Source: an uncultured Gammaproteobacteria bacterium
GTDB lineage: Bacteria > Patescibacteriota > Patescibacteriia > UBA9934 > GWF2-40-263
NCBI GenBank assembly: GCA_964355525.1
Contig: CAYHDY010000004.1
Coordinates: forward strand, 1-41,993
DNA length: 41,993 nt
Direction: 5' to 3'
A model generated the notes under the pieces. The model was given only the letters and a program-made list of their open reading frames with translations. It ran no database searches and was not told the DNA's origin. Of this stretch, positions 40,448 through 41,993 are shown piece after piece; positions within the stretch are counted from its first letter, which is position 1; each line of letters starts with the position of its first letter. The position numbers were made by a program, and so were the translations under genes.

Positions 40448-40452
40448 AGCAA

Positions 40453-40489
40453 AAAGCGATCGTAAAACATTGACACGATCGCTTTTTTT
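40453..40489 (+). terminator. intrinsic terminator
   Basis: AAGCGATCG-13 nt-CGATCGCTT followed by TTTTT. Confidence 0.7.
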
Positions 40490-40519
40490 CTCTATCCTTT
40501 CGCCATTATCAACGCTCTC

Positions 40520-40544
40520 GGGCAGGCACAAGACCTGCCCCTAC
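40520..40544 (+). repeat. REP-like GC-rich hairpin (same family as 9269-9293)
   Basis: GGGCAGGCACAAGACCTGCCCCTAC has the stem GGGCAGG/CCTGCCC. It is intergenic, upstream of typA. Confidence 0.6.
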
Positions 40545-40561
40545 AGACGAAACATTCACCT

Positions 40562-41993
40562 ATGGATTTCCGAAACATTGCCATTATTGCTCACGTTGAC
40601 CACGGTAAGACCACGCTCGTGGACGCCATGCTCAAACAATCCGGCACGTTCAATGAACGCGACGTGATTGAGGTTTGTGTCATGGACTCAAACGAACTTG
40701 AAAAAGAACGCGGAATCACGATCTACGCGAAGAACACTTCTATCTTTCTTGGAGAAACAAAGGTGAACATCGTAGATACACCAGGACACGCAGACTTCGG
40801 TTCCGAAGTTGAACGCGTGTTGCGTATGGTTGATTCTGTGTTGCTTCTCGTCGACGCCTACGAAGGTCCGATGCCGCAAACAAAATTCGTTTTGCGAAAA
40901 TCTCTTGCACTCGGATTGAAACCAATTGTTGTCATCAACAAAATTGATAAACCATCCGCACGACCAGATGTTGTGCTCAACATGATTTTTGATCTATTCG
41001 TCGAACTCGGTGCAACAGACGCACAACTTGATTTCAAACATATTTACGCCATCGCCCGCGAAGGAATCGCGAAGCGCGAGCTTACGGATGAGTCGAAAGA
41101 TTTACAACCGTTGTTCGACATGATTCTCGAGACCGTTCCACCAGCGCCAAACAACACAGCCGTTCCAATGCGCATGCAACCTGCGAACCTCGCCTACGAT
41201 TCTTACATCGGACGTCTCGCAGTTGGACGTATTTACGAAGGAACGGTTCGCGCAGGAATGACCGTCACTGTGATCACACCGGACGGTTCACGCAAGACAA
41301 ATAAAATTACAAAACTTTTGACACACCGCGGATTGAAAAAATGCGAAGTGGAAGAAGCACAAGCGGGAGACATCGTTCAGATCGCGGGAATCCCGGATAT
41401 CTACGTTGGAGACACCATCTCGGAAGATCCAAAGGCGGAACCGTTGCCAACGATCGCGATCGACGCTCCGACATTGAAAATGGATTTCATGGTGAACAAC
41501 TCCCCATTCGCTGGACGCGAAGGAAAATTGGTTACCTCTCGTCAGATTCGCGAACGCTTGCTCAAAGAACTGGAAGTCAACGTCGGAATGAAAATTGAAT
41601 TCTCGGACGTGGGCGATGTGTTCACGGTAAGTGGACGCGGAGAAATGCACTTGTCGATTTTGATCGAACAAATGCGTCGTGAAGGATTCGAACTTTGCGT
41701 TTCTAAACCACAGGTTATTTTCAAAGAAAAAGATGGCACAAAGCTTGAGCCATACGAAATCGCAACGATTGACGTTGAAGATACATTTGTCGGCGTAGTT
41801 ACCGAAAAAATGGGGATGCGAAAAGGTGTAATGACCAATATGTCCTCTAAAGGTACAGGACGAACTCGTCTTGAATTCAGAATTCCATCACGTGGTCTTA
41901 TTGGATATCGATCAGAATTCTTAACAGATACACGTGGTACTGGACTTTTGAACACTCAATTTGATGGCTACGATGAATATCGTGGTGACATTA
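40562..41993 (+). CDS. typA: translational GTPase TypA/BipA; 3' end runs off the window
   Basis: Own translation: [30 protein letters not shown]...[13 protein letters not shown]...[16 protein letters not shown]...NKIDK. It continues open to the window end. Confidence 0.9.
   Translation, partial: MDFRNIAIIAHVDHGKTTLVDAMLKQSGTFNERDVIEVCVMDSNELEKERGITIYAKNTSIFLGETKVNIVDTPGHADFGSEVERVLRMVDSVLLLVDAYEGPMPQTKFVLRKSLALGLKPIVVINKIDKPSARPDVVLNMIFDLFVELGATDAQLDFKHIYAIAREGIAKRELTDESKDLQPLFDMILETVPPAPNNTAVPMRMQPANLAYDSYIGRLAVGRIYEGTVRAGMTVTVITPDGSRKTNKITKLLTHRGLKKCEVEEAQAGDIVQIAGIPDIYVGDTISEDPKAEPLPTIAIDAPTLKMDFMVNNSPFAGREGKLVTSRQIRERLLKELEVNVGMKIEFSDVGDVFTVSGRGEMHLSILIEQMRREGFELCVSKPQVIFKEKDGTKLEPYEIATIDVEDTFVGVVTEKMGMRKGVMTNMSSKGTGRTRLEFRIPSRGLIGYRSEFLTDTRGTGLLNTQFDGYDEYRGDI

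Overview
The window looks like a small-genome bacterial chromosome. A Patescibacteria/CPR-like origin is my inference from gene content only. All calls come from reading the sequence and the ORF track; no database search was possible.

Housekeeping backbone, mostly on the minus strand:
- Cell-wall genes: murD (partial), murG, ftsW, mraY.
- Other core genes: an Nfu-like protein, rpmA, pyrG, rplI, bcp, pgi, an RRM RNA-binding protein, typA (partial).

Surface-glycan cluster at 18.2-26.5 kb:
- An O-antigen-ligase/TPR protein, GT4, GT2, a methyltransferase, GT4, a NodB-type deacetylase and a polyprenyl-phosphate sugar transferase.
- Most minus-strand members are joined by ATGA start/stop overlaps.

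Accessory patch at 1.2-7.1 kb around tRNA-Lys(UUU):
- A GIY-YIG gene flanked by a duplicated tRNA 5' half, and a tRNA 3' fragment.
- A RelE/antitoxin pair, a putative thymidine-hypermodification-type enzyme, and a translin-family protein.

Two visibly GC-richer islands interrupt this backbone. They are recognisable by multi-frame shadow ORFs in the track.
- Island 1 (about 11.4-14.0 kb) holds two divergent membrane or coiled-coil genes driven by mirror-image, near-identical promoters.
- Island 2 (about 26.6-38.6 kb) is the main candidate for an undescribed system. It is a minus-strand array containing:
  - a 300-aa Cys/His protein;
  - a RuvB-like AAA+ ATPase;
  - a JAMM/MPN+ protease with an exact HxHx7Sx2D motif;
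  - a small ThiF/E1-like protein;
  - a HeH-linker-beta-grasp (ThiS/MoaD-like) Ubl ending in Gly plus a 5-residue tail;
  - two giant paralogous proteins (1055 and 921 aa), each behind an identical 58-nt promoter/repeat-end block;
  - a thymidine kinase.
- No canonical E2, integrase, transposase or phage structural gene was recognised in island 2.

Repeats:
- Island operons are punctuated by four copies of a module with the order terminator, GC-rich double-hairpin element, promoter. One copy also feeds rpmA.
- Shorter related GC-rich palindromic repeats sit inside three housekeeping or glycan CDSs (pgi, a GT4, the sugar transferase) without breaking the frame.
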